Below, piece by piece: positions 24,201-39,200 of a DNA stretch of 64,000 nt. A program made the translations under genes and the position numbers. The notes under the pieces were generated by a model that did no database searches, was not told the DNA's origin, and saw only the letters and a list, made by a program, of their open reading frames with translations. This DNA is from Ramazzottius varieornatus (Eukaryota > Animalia > Tardigrada), in contig BDGG01000002.1 in the NCBI GenBank assembly GCA_001949185.1, positions 8,174,448 through 8,238,447 on the forward strand, given 5' to 3'. Numbering within the stretch: the first letter of the stretch is position 1; every line of letters starts with the position of its first letter.

Positions 24201-27200
24201 AGTTACTCAGCCTAAAGGCGTCACAGATGTCTCGATGAAGATAACTGACGTCCCGGCGCCAATAATGGAAGAGGTCGTGCCAAAAGAGCGTGAATCAATT
24301 CCATCTGAACGACCTTCAGAAGAAGTGACCGCTGTTGAGATGGATACAGCCATGTTGAAGGAACGACCCGAAGTGGACCAAAGCTCGATTCGAGTGGAAG
24401 AAGCAACAGAAGTGGCACCGGAAACTGCCCAGTCGGAAGAGCGACCAGTGTCGGTGGCGGACTTGGACACGGCCCGCGAATTAACAACTGACGCACTAAC
24501 CACAACTGAAGTGCAACTAACCAGTCAAACGGTTGAGACAACCGAAACAGGTAAGGAACAATTAACACGTACTAATATTCAAGAGGAAGTGGCAAGGCCC
24601 CAAGAGCTTCCAGAGGTGATAATGGAAGGTAGCTTCGAGGTGGTTGAAATCAGTCAGACCGTCCAAGACCGCGAAGGGTTGGCTGAGAAGGTCGAAATGG
24701 TTGTGTCGGCAGCCGACATACCTTGGGTTGAAAGGCTCGAGGTGGAAGATGTGACCGTAGTCGAGACAGGAGATCAAACCGAGACGGTTGCGCCAACTGT
24801 TGTGGAATCGACGTATGAGGTTGTGATTCACGAGGAGAAGCAACCGGAACTCACCAGTTCGGTGGTGGAAGTGGCGGTGGAACAACAACCGGTGGATGAT
24901 ACACCTGACGATTGGACCATTGTGGAACGAACGGAAACTACATCCGTCACCACACGACAGGTAAGACTTGGACATACAGTAATTATATGGGAGACTGAAA
25001 ACGAGACGTGCCAAGAACTTCATGTCAAGTGGCGCACGTTTCCAGCCAATAACGATAAGAGCATGCGCCACTTGAGACAGCGATCTTGAAGGCTTCGCGT
25101 TGTGTTGTCAACCTGCTACCTGTATCGATATCACGCTACTCTTCAAAAGAGAGGGGATAAACCGTTAACTATTTGTTTGACGCAGAATCTGAGTTCCGAG
25201 ACGAATGAACATCAACAAGTCGATATTCCCGACGTCGGCCACCTCACAGTCGAAGAGGTCCCGTCAGACGTTCCGACAGAACAGACCGTAGTTGTCCCTC
25301 TGGAAAGTACGACTACAACCACCATGACCGTGACTTACGTGGATATGCTTGGAGAGCAACCAGTAGACCAGGAAGACTTTGAAATGATCGAACGAGAATC
25401 ACCGGAATTGGCATCTTACGATGTTATTCCTGACGTTGAAGAGCGCGGAGTACTCAGTCAGCAACCAACTTCCGGTACGTATTACAGCCCATTATCCGTA
25501 CAGTACTCACAGGTTTTCCACTTTTGATTCTTCTGCCTGCACAGATCTCGAGCGAATGATGCCTGTCGTCAAGAAGCCTCTGGAGGAAGACTTTCGAGTA
25601 ATGGACGGTCAATCCCTGACCCTCCAGTGTCAGTTCGACGTTCAGCCCATGCAAGAAGCCACCTGGTTCCACGAGGATCAACCGGTCCGTGAAAACGAAG
25701 ATATCACCATCTACCAGGATGCCCAAGGTGTCTGCGAACTTTGCATTGCCGAGGTCTTTCCCGAAGACGCCGGTCTGTATGTTTGTCGCTTGGAAAATGT
25801 TCATGGTGTGGCGGAAACCCGATGTCAAGTGACCGTCGAAGGTACGTCAGAATACGCGCATCACATTCCTACCATACATGACATGACAGATGAGCTCACG
25901 CAGATCGTGGTCTCAAGTTATAGGTGGTAGATTGGCACGTTTCCATTGTTATTGGCTTCGACCTTGCGCCACTTGGGAAAACAATTTGCATGACTTTATT
26001 TGGCGACGTAAATTCCTATTGAACCACACTGTTTTCCCAAGTTGCGGACGATGTCAGTCCAGAACAATGGAAACATGGCCACTTGAAAGAACGATCTGGT
26101 TGGGCCTGTTTACCAACGTTCCCATTACTGACTTGAATGGTTGTTGTAGCCTACGAGTACTATCCCGACAGCGAAGAAGCCTCAATCAGCATGTACCACA
26201 CAACCGGTCGTTCGGAAGTCGTCAGGGCAGAAACGGCATCCAAGGAATGGGATTCGACAATGCCCGACATATCCGAAACAGCCTTGGAGGAAGAGGATCA
26301 CAGTGTGCTGGACATTGTGGAAGAAGCCATCGTGCCCGTCAATGAAGGTAAGGGCGCCCCGGTTTGCCGTGATTTACACCACAAATTGCACGAGAATGAG
26401 ATGGTTACAGTGCATGGTTATGATTACCTAGAGCATGTGAGTGTCCAGAGCGAGAGCGAGATGATCCCTGCCCCGCATGAAGAAGGGCCTGCACGAATAC
26501 AAACGCAACCGTTGACCCAACCGCAACCCGATGCCATCCCAACCCAAGAAACCCAAGAAATCACCACCACCACCACCACCACCACCACCAACACCACCAC
26601 CGACATCACCACAACAGAGCAACCAGTGGAGGAAACCTCATTCGACATCGTAACATCGACCACAGCGGAAGTCACCCACCGATCAGAAGCCACAGTCCTA
26701 TTTCCGTCTGAAAACCAACCGGTGGAAATCACGCTCGTTGAAGAAGCCAGGCCCGAACATGCTGAAGTACGGATTGATGTTCGAGATGTGGAAAACGTCC
26801 AGAACGAAACAGTGACGACCATCACAACCGTCGGAAGTACTGTTACGCAACAACGCCCTTTGGAGGAGACCGTGCTGGAAACTGTTCCCCAAACGACAGC
26901 GGAAATGACGGAGCAAACCGGAGCTACTGTCGAATTTCCATCACAAACCCTGCCATACGACATCGTCCCCACAGAAGAAACCAAGCCGGAAATGGCAGGA
27001 CTGCAACATGATCATGAGCAAGTGGAGGAAGTTCGACCGGAAACGGTGACGACTGTTACCACCGTAGACCAGCAAGTCCTTCAACAGCGCCCTCTGGAGG
27101 CGACGATACTTGAGATAAGCCCACGCACCACGGCCAGAGTGACGACTCGAACTGAAACCACGTTCGAGCAGACCCAACCTGCGCTGTCGACAGTTGAATA

Positions 27201-30200
27201 CACCGTGACGGAAGAAGTCAGGCCGGACGTCTCCGAAGTTCGCATGGACGTACAAAACGTCGAAGAAGTCGGACGGGAAACGGTGATGACAGTCACTACG
27301 GTGGACCAGGAAACCATCGAGCAGAGGCCTTTGGAAGAGACAGTATTGCAGACAGTTCCTCAAACGACCGCAGAAGTCACCGAACGAACGGAGGCGTCGC
27401 TGGAGTTGCCGGCGCAACCCCAGCCCGCCTTTTCGGAAGTCGAATATTCCGAAGCGAAAGAAGTCAAGCCCGAAGATGTACTAGTCCGCACTACGACGAG
27501 AAGCGAACTAACCATGGACTTCCAACCCGTAACCACAACAGTTAACGAAGCTACGGCTGTCCAACAGGGACCAAAAAGGGCCGAAATAACCGCGATTCGG
27601 GAAGGAGCTTCTACAGAAGGTCCACGAAGACAAGAAGAAGTAACATCGGCTGACTCTGTCGCAGCTGGCGGAGCGCAACCAACGGTGACCAAAGGTACTA
27701 TCCAGCAGTTGCAACCTGGTAGCGTTGCGGAAGAGACGACTTTCGAAAGTAGCACGGTAACACAAGCAACCGGCAGCGATATCACCGTCGAAAGCCCAGT
27801 CTTGATAGCACCGAAGATTACGCCAGCAGAAACTGGTGCAACGGAAGCAGAGACAAGCTTACCGCTCGAGCAACCTATCTCTGAAGCGCCATCTGTCGTC
27901 AAGGTTTTCGACGAAGCTGCCACGCTGACGAGCGTCGTAACGGAGACGGTTGCAGAAACAGCGACTATCGAGACTCAGCCTGCTTGGGCAAAGACAACCA
28001 ATGAAATGCCAGCTGAAGAAACGGTGAGTCGGAAAGAAGAGAGGATTATGGCACCAGAAACGGCCACTAAGACACAAACTTTATCCACCGAAACTGTGAC
28101 GCCTGCGAGCGCTACCCTGGTAGCAGACGTATCTGACACCGGTACCTCCGAGAGAGTCCTGCCTGAAACGACCACGGCTGAGAATGTCACAGCTACAACC
28201 ACAACGACTGTTGCCGAAACCACCGTCGTCACGGTTCCTCAAAGTGCTTCGTTGATTGAGCTGTCCACTGCCGAGACCGCTACCGCTGAAACCACGCCGG
28301 CAATAACGAGTCAAGTCGTCTCACCTGTTACTGAAAGCCTCCAAGTCACTGAAAGTACAACGGTTCAGCCGGAAGCCACACAGCCGGATGAGAAGACTGT
28401 GGGGATTCCGCAAGAATCCAGCACTTCTTCTAGCCAAGCTGTCTTTGGCACCACAACAGTCCGGATTCGACCTGATCAGCCAACTGCCCCAGACCAGCTC
28501 GAGGCAGAAAGTCCTACTGAGGTAACCAAGGCAACAGAGGAGACCGCCACGACTGTGGATGTCGCTGCAGATCACTTCGTTCAGCCAACTAGCACGACCG
28601 AGTCGTTGCTGGAAACGACGACTATCGAACAGCGACCCTCGGAGAAGACTGAGCTCCAAGTCATCACTACGGTCCCGACGGATCAGACGGAACGAACAGA
28701 AGTCACCATGGACTTTCCTTCCACCGTCGTATCCACTGTCGACGTGGTTAAACTCACCGTCGATGAAGAAGTGAAGCCTGAAGTGGCACCGCGGGAACAA
28801 CATTTCGTTACCAGTACGGAAGTTACGATGGAGAAGCCCAGCGAAATACCGCTGGAAGAAGAAACCCTCGTTGAAGTGGCGCAGCAGCCAAAAGACATGA
28901 CTGAGACAGTAAGGGAAACAATTGTGGAGACCACAGTGGTCGACACTCAGCCTCATGACACAAGAGAGGCTTCCAAGAAAGCAGTGCCGGAAGGTGCGCA
29001 GCCAATGGGGGAGATCTTCGAGCACACTGAACAACCACAACGAGCCACAGCCACGGCCCGGGAAGGGGCGGAAGAAGTCACCCAAAGGTCAACAACAACT
29101 GTGGAGACGCTGTATGAAGCAGTCGTCGTCAGACCAGAGGGACTATCTCCAGCGGCGGTTGCTGCAGCAGAAGAAGTGACGTTGGACAGAAAGCCTGTAG
29201 AAGAAACCATATACCCAGATACCCCGGTCGTTCCATCGAGTACAACAGAGATAGTGACTGAAACTGTCACAAGAACTACCGTCGTAAGCGACGCACTTCC
29301 CCAGGACCTGGTTGAAACAATGGAGGAAGCCGTCAATGTTGAGAAACGCCCAACGGAGAAGACGATAGTCAAAGAAATGGCGCCCGCTGTGGAGGAAGAA
29401 GGACTCGTCGAGCTTGTGCCTTCCATTGAGCATCCCACAAGGCCGTCCGAAGAAATGGCGCCAGAGTTCCTCCGCGTCACCACAAGCACCGTGGAAAGCG
29501 ACACGGTTACGGCTGTCACCCTTCCGCGACCGACAGAGGAGACAGAAACTCAGTCGACTGAAGAGGCTGTCCAGCCGGTAGTACAGACCGATGAAGCGGT
29601 GCGCAGCGATGTACGCCAGCAAGACAAGTCTGCCCGTGGGGAAATTCCTCTAACCGAAAAGAGCTTGTTGATTACGGAGGTTGGACCTCAACCGCAAGAC
29701 GAGCTCTCCGAGGCAGCGTTAGAGAAATACCTGGATCAGTTGGAGCGGAGTGTGGTCGAGGAGCTGCCTACAATCGAGCTGGGTAGCAGAGTCCCAACTC
29801 AGCAAAGTCTGATTGTCTCGGAGGCGCTGGTTGAGCAACCCTTCACAACGGAGAAGAGCGAGGTGTCGCCAGTGGAGACGACTACCCCACAAAAGGTTAT
29901 ACTCACTGTCGAAGAGAATGTCCCACGTGGTCAAACGGTTTCTTTCGACGTTCGAGTGGAGGAAAGTACGAGAGTTGTCAGTGAGGCTCCTCAAGTCACC
30001 CCGAAAACGACTGAACGCTTTGTGACGGTCATTACAGAAGAAAAAAGACCGGAAAAAGAACAAGTCCATGAGACGGTCACTCAAACCTTCGTGGACGTGA
30101 GCGATACCTTCACAGCAGCCCGAGATGAAATCCGCAGGCCTTCGTACCGAGTAGAATTCCCCGCCGAGATCCGCGACGTGCCAATCTTGATCGAAGACAC

Positions 30201-33200
30201 GTCGGTCATGTCCATCCACGAGACACTAGCAACGGCTTCTGATGAAATTTCATACATGGTCGACGTCAGCGAGTTGGAAGCCGACGCCTCGGAAGCTCCG
30301 GAAATCGAAGACATGGTGGTGGTTGAAACGACCACGGTGGAGCTTCGACCGGAGAGTTCCCCTCAGCCCGAACGAGCGGAAATAGATGTGGCTCGACCAG
30401 TGCCCGCTGGCCCAACTGAGCGAACCGAAGCCCTTCTGGACTTTCCCGCCCAACCAGACCTAACCACGGTTGAAGTCACCATCCCGCAAGAAGTTGTACC
30501 CGAGTATAGCGAGTTGACGACCACACAGCATAGAACGGTTACCGAGGTTGTGGTGGAAGTCCAGCCGGGTCCACAAGCGCCAACAAAACAAGGGAGTGTC
30601 ATCGAGGAAGTGACCATGGAGAAAGCCAGGCCAGTTGTGACTACTGATGTGACTACGGAAGTTACGACGACAGAAGCGGAGTTCCCTCAACCAGAAATGG
30701 TCAAGGGGGACTTTGCGAAACCGGAAGCGGTCAATGTCGTTCTTGTCGAGCATGTCCCCACCGAGTCAACTAACGTCCAAGGTATGCCTGACAGCTCGTG
30801 ATACGAATAAAATATAACTATATGGCTTTCAAAGATCTTCTTTTAGCTGTCATCACTGAGGAAGCCATACGGATCGAAGAGATTATTCCATCATTGGACC
30901 ATCGTCCGGAAATCGCTGAGCTCGACTACACCCAGCTCACACCAGCCGAAGCTACTCCATTGCCAGGAAGGACCGAACTGGAGTACTTCACAGCAGGACC
31001 TGAACTGCAGTCCCTCACAGTCAACAAAACGACGGCTCCGGTCCTTACCGAAAAAAGTACCATTGCAGTTACGACGACTCGCGTGGAGATGGTTACTGAG
31101 CTGACCAAGCAGGAAATGGCGGAATTCATCGAAGAGGTTCGTTTGCCATGTAATATTAATACATCAGATCGGAGCAACGTACATGATTTTTGTTTAAAGT
31201 GGTACACGTTGCTAGTGTAATTGGCTGGAAGAGTGCGCCACTTTGTTTTATCTGATTAGTATAGAATCCATTTTGTTGTTTCTCTAGCTGGCGCCGACAG
31301 TCGAATTTCCGCAGGCGGAAGTGGCGGAAGAGGAATACACAACCGTCACCTCTTTACCTGCAGTTCCGGACCACAGCGAAACAGTGAGAACCGAGACGAC
31401 AGTCACAACGTTCGCGACTGCCACAGCGGACCAACCACGACCCGACTACACTGTCGAGTTCTCACTGCGCGAAGCAGCGCAGCTTGACTTAGCTGAAGGT
31501 CCTGTACAAGAAGTTCCAAAGCCATCGGAAAAGACCACTGTAACAACGACTATCGTGGAAGACGTTACCACTGCCCAAGAAGAACAGCCACAACCAACGG
31601 ACATGACAGAGGTTGTGTTACAGTTTCCTCGTCCTGAGACAGCTGAACTGGACTATATTCAACCGACAAGCACCGCAGAAGCCATTGTGTCTGCGCCATT
31701 GGAGGAACACTTGACCACCACTACACGCACCGAAGTCACTACCACTGTTCGACATCTCCCCGATGATCAGATTGAGTTTTCACGACCGGAAGAAACTCCG
31801 TTGGACTTGGTAGCGCCATCTACGGTCGAAGAAACACTCCGGCCGGTGGAGGAAGTCGCCCCTGAAGAGCAAAAGTTCGCCGAAACTGTCGAGCAATTCC
31901 CGGCACCGGAAACAGCCGACGTGGACTTTTACCAGCCAACAAAAGTCATGGAAACAACTACGACACCTGCACCTCAGGGTCAGGTTACAACCATTACCCA
32001 CATGGAAGTGACAACCACGGTTCGCCAACAGCCGGAGAGAAGCGAAACGGGAGAATACGTGGTGGAATTTCCTCAACCAGAAACCGCCGAAACTGACTTT
32101 GTCCAACCAGAGGACCGAAACTCAACCACAACTAGAACCATCACCGAAACAGTGACGCATGTGCGACAGCAGCCTGAAAGGCCGGAAACGCAAGAGTACG
32201 TCGTGGAGTTCCCTCGGCCAGAAGTAGCCGAAACTGACTATCAGCAACCCCAATATACCACAACATCCACCACAACGGTTGTCGAAACTATCACCAGAGT
32301 TCGGGATCAGCCTGAGCGGGAAGGCGTGTTTCCTTCGGCTGAAGTGGCCGAGCTGGATTATTTTCCCCAACAACCACAAGTCATCCAGGGCACGGAAGAA
32401 TATGTAGAAGGTGAGCATGATTACGCAGTGTAATACTATCGATCTCGGCATAATTATTGGCTCAATGGCTATACACTATCTATAAAACTTTAGGATCTGT
32501 ACCAGCCCAAGAGACCATCACGGAAACCATAAGCACAACAGTCACGTCCGAGCGAAGCACTGCTGAACAAGCGACGATCGATTTTGTCTCTCCGCACAAG
32601 CCGGCTGAAGAGCTCGTGCAGCAACCAGAACAACCCGAGACGCAAGAGTACATTGTGGAGTTCCCTCGACCGGAAATAGCCGAACTTGACCACCAACAAC
32701 CAGAAGAAGCTACTACGACTATCACAACAACCACAACGCTAGTCGAAACTATCACGCAGGTCAGGAAGCAGCCTGAACGAGAAGAAATATTTCCTTCGGC
32801 TGAAGTGGCTGAGCTGGACTATATTCCGGAACAACGCCCGGTCACGCATGATACTGAAGAAACAGTCGAAGGTGCCTATGCAGAATCCATATAATATGTC
32901 TCGTGTATCGTATAGAAGACGTCTTTATCTCCGATGTACTGTTAACGACTTCATCTTTAGGACCTGCACTCAGCCACGAAAACACAACGCTACAAACCGT
33001 TTCTACAACCACTATTGTGAATTCCCAACGTCACGATGTCCCCGAGCAGGCGCTAGTCGACTTTCTTGTTCCGCAGAAAGAACTCCAGCAGCCAGAACAG
33101 CCGGAGTTACAAGAACACGTTGTAGAGTTTCCGCAACCGGAAATGGCCGAAACGGATTACGTCCAACCTGAGGACAGAACCTCGAGCTCGGTTACAAGCG

Positions 33201-36200
33201 TTACCGAAACTGTTACACAGGTTCGCCAGCAGCCTGAGACCTCTGGGACGCACGGGTACGTTGTTGAGTTTCCGGAAATGGCCGAGCTTGCTTTCGCCCG
33301 ACCTGAAGAAACAACCACCACGACTACCGTCACTACTACCGAAACCGTCACTCGAGCTCGAGAGCAACCTGAAGAAGGCACCGACTTTCCGACGGCAGAT
33401 GTCGCTGAAGTCGACTATGTTCCGCACCAGCCAGTAGTTACAGAGGGGAAGCTGGTAGCTGAGTCGGTTTTCAGAGGTAGGTGACAGGGCTTCCTGCTTT
33501 CTGCTTATCTATGGCCATCAGTCACGTAAATATTCGTATGCATAATTATAGGCCCAGGTCCAGCGGAAGAAACAGCGACCCAGGAGACAGTGGTAATTAC
33601 TACTACAGTCACAACTGAGAAGCCCTTGGTACGGGAACAAGCAGAAATCGACTTCTTCCTGCCTGAGAAACCCGCCGAAGAGTTTTCCCAGCCGGAAATG
33701 GCTGAAATCGGCTTTGTCAAACCGGAGGGGAGAACGACAATAACAACAACAGTCGTCGAAACCATCACTCAGGTACAACAACAGCCGGAAACCGCAGAAG
33801 TCCACCCTTCGCCCGAGATTGCTGAATTAGACTACGCACCAGAAAAGCCTGTCGTCATTAAGCAACAGCCAGTCACTGAAGAGAATTTGCAGCGTAAGTT
33901 ATAATTTCGTAATCTATCCTGTATTTGTTTTGGTCGTTATTGAATCAACGTGATGCACTATTGCAGGAGTTATTCCAGCTGGAGAGGTTGTCACCCAAGA
34001 AGCTGTCGTCATTACCACCACTGTAACGACTGAACGTTCTTCCCTTCCTGAACAAGCTGAAGTCGACTTCTTCCTTCCCCATAAGCCCACCGAAGAGTTC
34101 CCCATACCAGAGGTGGCGGAACTTGATTACGCCAAGCCCGAAGAAAGTACAACCAGCGTGGTTGAGACCATTACTAAACTTGTTGAACAACCCGAGACAA
34201 CCGAGTATGTTGTTGAGTTCCCTCGACCCGAACTAGCCGAGGTTGACTTTGTCAAGCCGGAAGAAACGGCCTCAACCACGATCAGAGCGGTGGTTGAAAC
34301 TGTCCCGCGGGTACACCAACAACTCGAAGAAGCGGAAAATTTCCCTTCGGCTGAAGTGGCCGAACTGGATTACGTGCCTGAAAGATCGGTGTTTACCGAA
34401 GAAGCTCCATCTGCAGGCGCTCCGACGACGGAGAGCTCAACATTGACGGTCGAGTATGTTACAACATTGACCGTCGTTTCTGACAAGCCCGAGCAGCCTG
34501 TGAACGAAGCGTTCCCCGCGCCGGAGATGGCCCAGCTGGACTATCTGGCAGAAATACCGGTGGATGTTGAAGAACAGCCAATCGTCACTGATCACACTGA
34601 CGGTAATAAGAATCTGGAATATTGGGTTTCTGGAAAGGCAGCAACCGATTTCACCCAGATCGGTATTTTAAGTAGCGCACGTCCACATTGTCACTGGCTG
34701 ACAGCACACACCACTTGACAAATTTGTCTTACCCAGTTCTCAAGTAGCGCACGCTCAATTGTTATTGGTCAAGACCGTGCGCCAATTGGGACGACGATCT
34801 GGGTGAAATCATTTTGCCGAAGTCCCAATTTGTCCTCTGTCATAGCGTAATCATACATGTGTATTTTGCAGTGACTACCGTGGAGTATACCGCCACACTG
34901 ATCAAACCAACCGAGACACCGCTACAACCTGAGGAGATCGTGCAAGGTCCCAAGCCAGAATTTGCCCAATTGGACTTCGTTCTCGAAAGACCGACTGCCG
35001 TGGAGGAATTCCGGCCAGTTCCACGAACAACGGAAGATATGACGACCGTCGAGTACACTACCACGCTTAGCAGAGTACAGGACCAGCCAGAACGAAGTGT
35101 ATATACAGCAGAGTTGCCTGCGCCGGAAGTGGCCGCAGTCGACTTCATCCCGACGCCCGTTCCAGAAGATGTTCCCACAACCGAAACCACCGTAACGCGA
35201 AAGACCACGGTCACGACGGTGACTTTCGAGCAGCTAGAAAAGCCTGAGCAAGAAGATTTTCCCAAACCGGAGATTGCTGAGGTGGATTTTGTTCCAGAAA
35301 GGCGGACTGAAATATCTGCGGAAGAAACTGTCAGTACGGTAGAGTACACCACGACGCTGTCTATGAAGCCCGAACAACCAGCACAGCCAACTGAAATTAC
35401 CGAGTATACGCTGGAGTTCCCAGCTCCAGAAATGGCTGAAGTAGAGTTTGCGCCAGCTCCAGAAGGACCCACGGCCACGGAGAGCATTGTGACCAGGAAG
35501 ACGACCGTCACAACAGTCGGGACGAAGACAAAGGTAAAAATAAGCAAACATCGATCTAAAAATTTGACACTTAAAAGACCAACGGGGTGCCCCGGTTGCC
35601 TAGCGCACCCTAAAAGCCTTGCGGAATGTCTTCTGTTGAACCTTTTCGTCTCAAATTTTCGTGTTTGCTTTCAGAAACTTTGTCGCTTCCAGTTAAAAAA
35701 GACGTGAACTGGCTAGCAGCTTTCTCGAAATTTCGAGAGGATTTTTCGTTTCTGACCAGCTTTTGTCTTGAGTTGACAGACCAAATTTTCACTTGAGAGC
35801 TGGCTGACGAAAAGCCTCCTTAAAAATTGGACAGAGAGCTAGTACATTGGTACCGTCTTAGAAGCTTCAGTATGTTCCATGCTGCGTGACCAGTGGTCAC
35901 AGCAAAAATGAAAAGGTCTGGCACTTTGGTTCATTTTACTCGAAAAATGCGAAGCGTACATGTGGTGATCGGTCCGATCTGACCCCACCCACGATTTCAG
36001 CCAGTTAAAAAGTGGGGAAGGTGATCTACCCCCCCCCCCCCCTTGTACTCCCAGAGCTCGGAATTGCGTGGTCTTTTAATTGTTAAAAAGCGAAAACCAG
36101 AATGAATGAAAGATAAACCTGCGACGGTGGAAAATTGAAGAGATACACTTAGATCGATTTTAAAAGTGGCGCACGCTGTTGGCCAATGACAACGACAACG

Positions 36201-39200
36201 ACAACGTGCGCCACTTGGTTATCGAGTGGGTTATAGTGAACGAATTGGTTTTTTAGAAGCCAGAAGGAGTGGAATACACGGTGGAGTTCCCCCAACCCGA
36301 AGCAGCCGAGCTTGATTTTGCCGCTCCAGAAATAACGGAAGTGGAAGAAGCTGATACTCAGCGCAGCACCACTGAGACCACTATTTCAACCACAGTCGAT
36401 ATCATCACGAGACAAAGAGACCAACCAGAAGACGATCGGTCGGAAGTCTCGATGGAGTTCCCCACGAGCGAAATGGCCGAACGGGTCTTCTTTATCCCGG
36501 CCCCTGCTGTCGACAGCACGATCATCGACGTCAGACCGACGGAGACCTCGACAATTGAGCGGGCCATGACCACCATGGAAGTGACAGCGGAAGAACAGCC
36601 AACGTACGAGGTCGAGTTCGGCCAGCCGGAAAAGGCGGAAGTTGATTTTGCTCCAGGCCCGACCACACAAACCACCGAGACAAGGGTCGACTTGACCCTG
36701 ACGACACTCGATCGTCCCGAGGAGAAGCCGGAAATGGCCCAGGTGGAGTTCGTTCTTCCGGAAAAGGCAGAGGTGGACTTTTATGTTCCTGCGCCTACTC
36801 ATGAAATGGCCGAGGTGGATTACGTTGCCCCTACTCCTGCTGAATCTACAGCATCAAGGACCGAGTTGACTATGACTACGATACAGCGTCCGGAAGAGAA
36901 GCCTGAAATGGCGGAGTTCGACTTCGTTCCTCATCCTCGACCAGTCGAAGAGTTCCCCCAGCCGGAGATGGCGGAGTACGGACTGGTCGAGGAAACAGTA
37001 ACTGTCAGTACAGCTGAAACTGTGATCAAAGAGGATAACAAGAAAATGCCCGAAAGGGGAGTGGCGGAAGTTGACTTCGCGGCACCAACGAATGAAGAAA
37101 TGACCACCATGGTCCGCACCGACGTTATCATTCAGAGGCCCAAAGAGACCGCACCCGAACGTGAGCATGCAGAGATTGATTTCTTCCTTCCACAACGACC
37201 TGTCGAAGAGTTCCCCAAGCCTGAAATTGCGGAGATCGATGTAGCGAAGCCAGAAATCGCCCAGTTGGACTTCCCGGTGTCACCTCCACTAGAATCAGAG
37301 AATGTCGAAGAAACGGTAACAAGCACCACGTCCGAGACAGTAGTAAGGGAGGGCACCAAGGAAATGCCGGAAAGAGAAATGGCGGAAGTTGGCTTCGTGG
37401 TACCAAAGAGTGAAGAAACGACCACCGTCGTTCGTACTGCCGTCAGCATCCAGAAGCCAACACAGCCCGCAGTTGAACGTGAGCAGGCGGAAGTTGACTT
37501 TTTCCTCCCACAACGACCGGTTGAAGAAGAGTTCCCCAAGCCTGAAGCTGCCGAATTTGACGTCGTCCAGCCAGAAATGGCCGAGTTGGACTTCGTTGCA
37601 CCAGCCCGGGTTGAATCGACGATTGTTGAAGAGACGGTGACAGTTACTACCACCGTCACGACTGAAAAGCCTCAGACGCTAGCTGAGCACGCCACCGTGG
37701 AAGTCACACCAAAACCGGTCGAAGAGTTCCCTCGGCCTGAGATTGCCGAACTGGACTTTGCTCCGACTGTTCGATCCCAAAGCACCGACATTAGCTTCGT
37801 GGCTTCTACACCCACTAGTACAACGGTGACTGAAGAGACCGTGGTCGTAACCACAACGATTACGTCACAAAAGCCCGAGGAAGCAAGACCTGAAGTCGAA
37901 CATGCGGAAGTGGACTTCTTCGTACCGAAACCAGAAATGGCCGAGCTTGATATCGTAAGGCCTGAGATGGCAGAGATCGATTTCGTAGCACCCACTCCGG
38001 TAGAGTCAACGAAGACTAAAGAGACTGCCACACTAACCACAAGCGCAACGGCAGAACGACCCGAAGAAACTGTACCTCAGATTGAGCATGAACACACAAA
38101 AATGGACTTTTCCCTGCCCAGGAAACCACAACCGGAAATGGCGGAACTTGATTTTGCCCCAGAAGTCAGGCCGGAAATGGCCGTGGTGGACTTTATTACA
38201 CCTACTCCAAGTGCTCCTACAGTTGTGGAGGAGACTGTGACACTTACAACCACTGTCACCACAAGCAAACCGCAGGAAACCGTAGTAGAAGCTGAACATA
38301 CTGAAGTAGATTTTGCTCCAGTTCGAAAAGAAGAAGTTCTTCAGCCGACGGAGGAAATGGTGCGGGAGAAGATTACTACGTTACGCACAGGGCAGAGACC
38401 TGTCGAGATGAACATCGTTGAAGACTTCTCTGCAGCGGAGACTGCCCAACTGGACTTTTTCCAGCCAACCGTAGATAGGGAGGAATCAGTTACTCAGCCT
38501 GAGACTGCCAAACATGTCACAACCATCACCCGAACGGAGACCACCACTTCAGTCCGAGACCAGCCAGCGACAACCGAAACGCAAGAGTATGTGGCCGAGC
38601 TTCCTCAAGCGGAGACTGCCGAAACTGATTATGTCCAGCCCGAAGACAGAATGTCAACGATGGTCACAACCATTACCCAAACTGTCACACAAGTCCGACA
38701 GCAGCCTGAGAAACCTGAGTTACAAGAGTATATTATGGAGTTCCCTCGACCGGAAGTAGCCGAAACTGACTATCAGCAACCCCAATATACCACAACATCC
38801 ACCACAACGGTTGTCGAAACTATCACCAGAGTTCGGGATCAGCCTGAGCGGGAAGGCGTGTTTCCTTCGGCTGAAGTGGCCGAGCTGGATTATTTTCCCC
38901 AACAACCACAAGTCATCCAGGGCACGGAAGAATATGTAGAAGGTGAGCATGATTACGCAGTGTAATACTATCGATCTCGGCATAATTATTGGCTCAATGG
39001 CTATACACTATCTATAAAACTTTAGGATCTGTACCAGCCCAAGAGACCATCACGGAAACCATAAGCACAACAGTCACGTCCGAGCGAAGCACTGCTGAAC
39101 AAGCGACGATCGATTTTGTCTCTCCGCACAAGCCGGCTGAAGAGCTCGTGCAGCAACCAGAACAACCCGAGACGCAAGAGTACATTGTGGAGTTCCCTCG

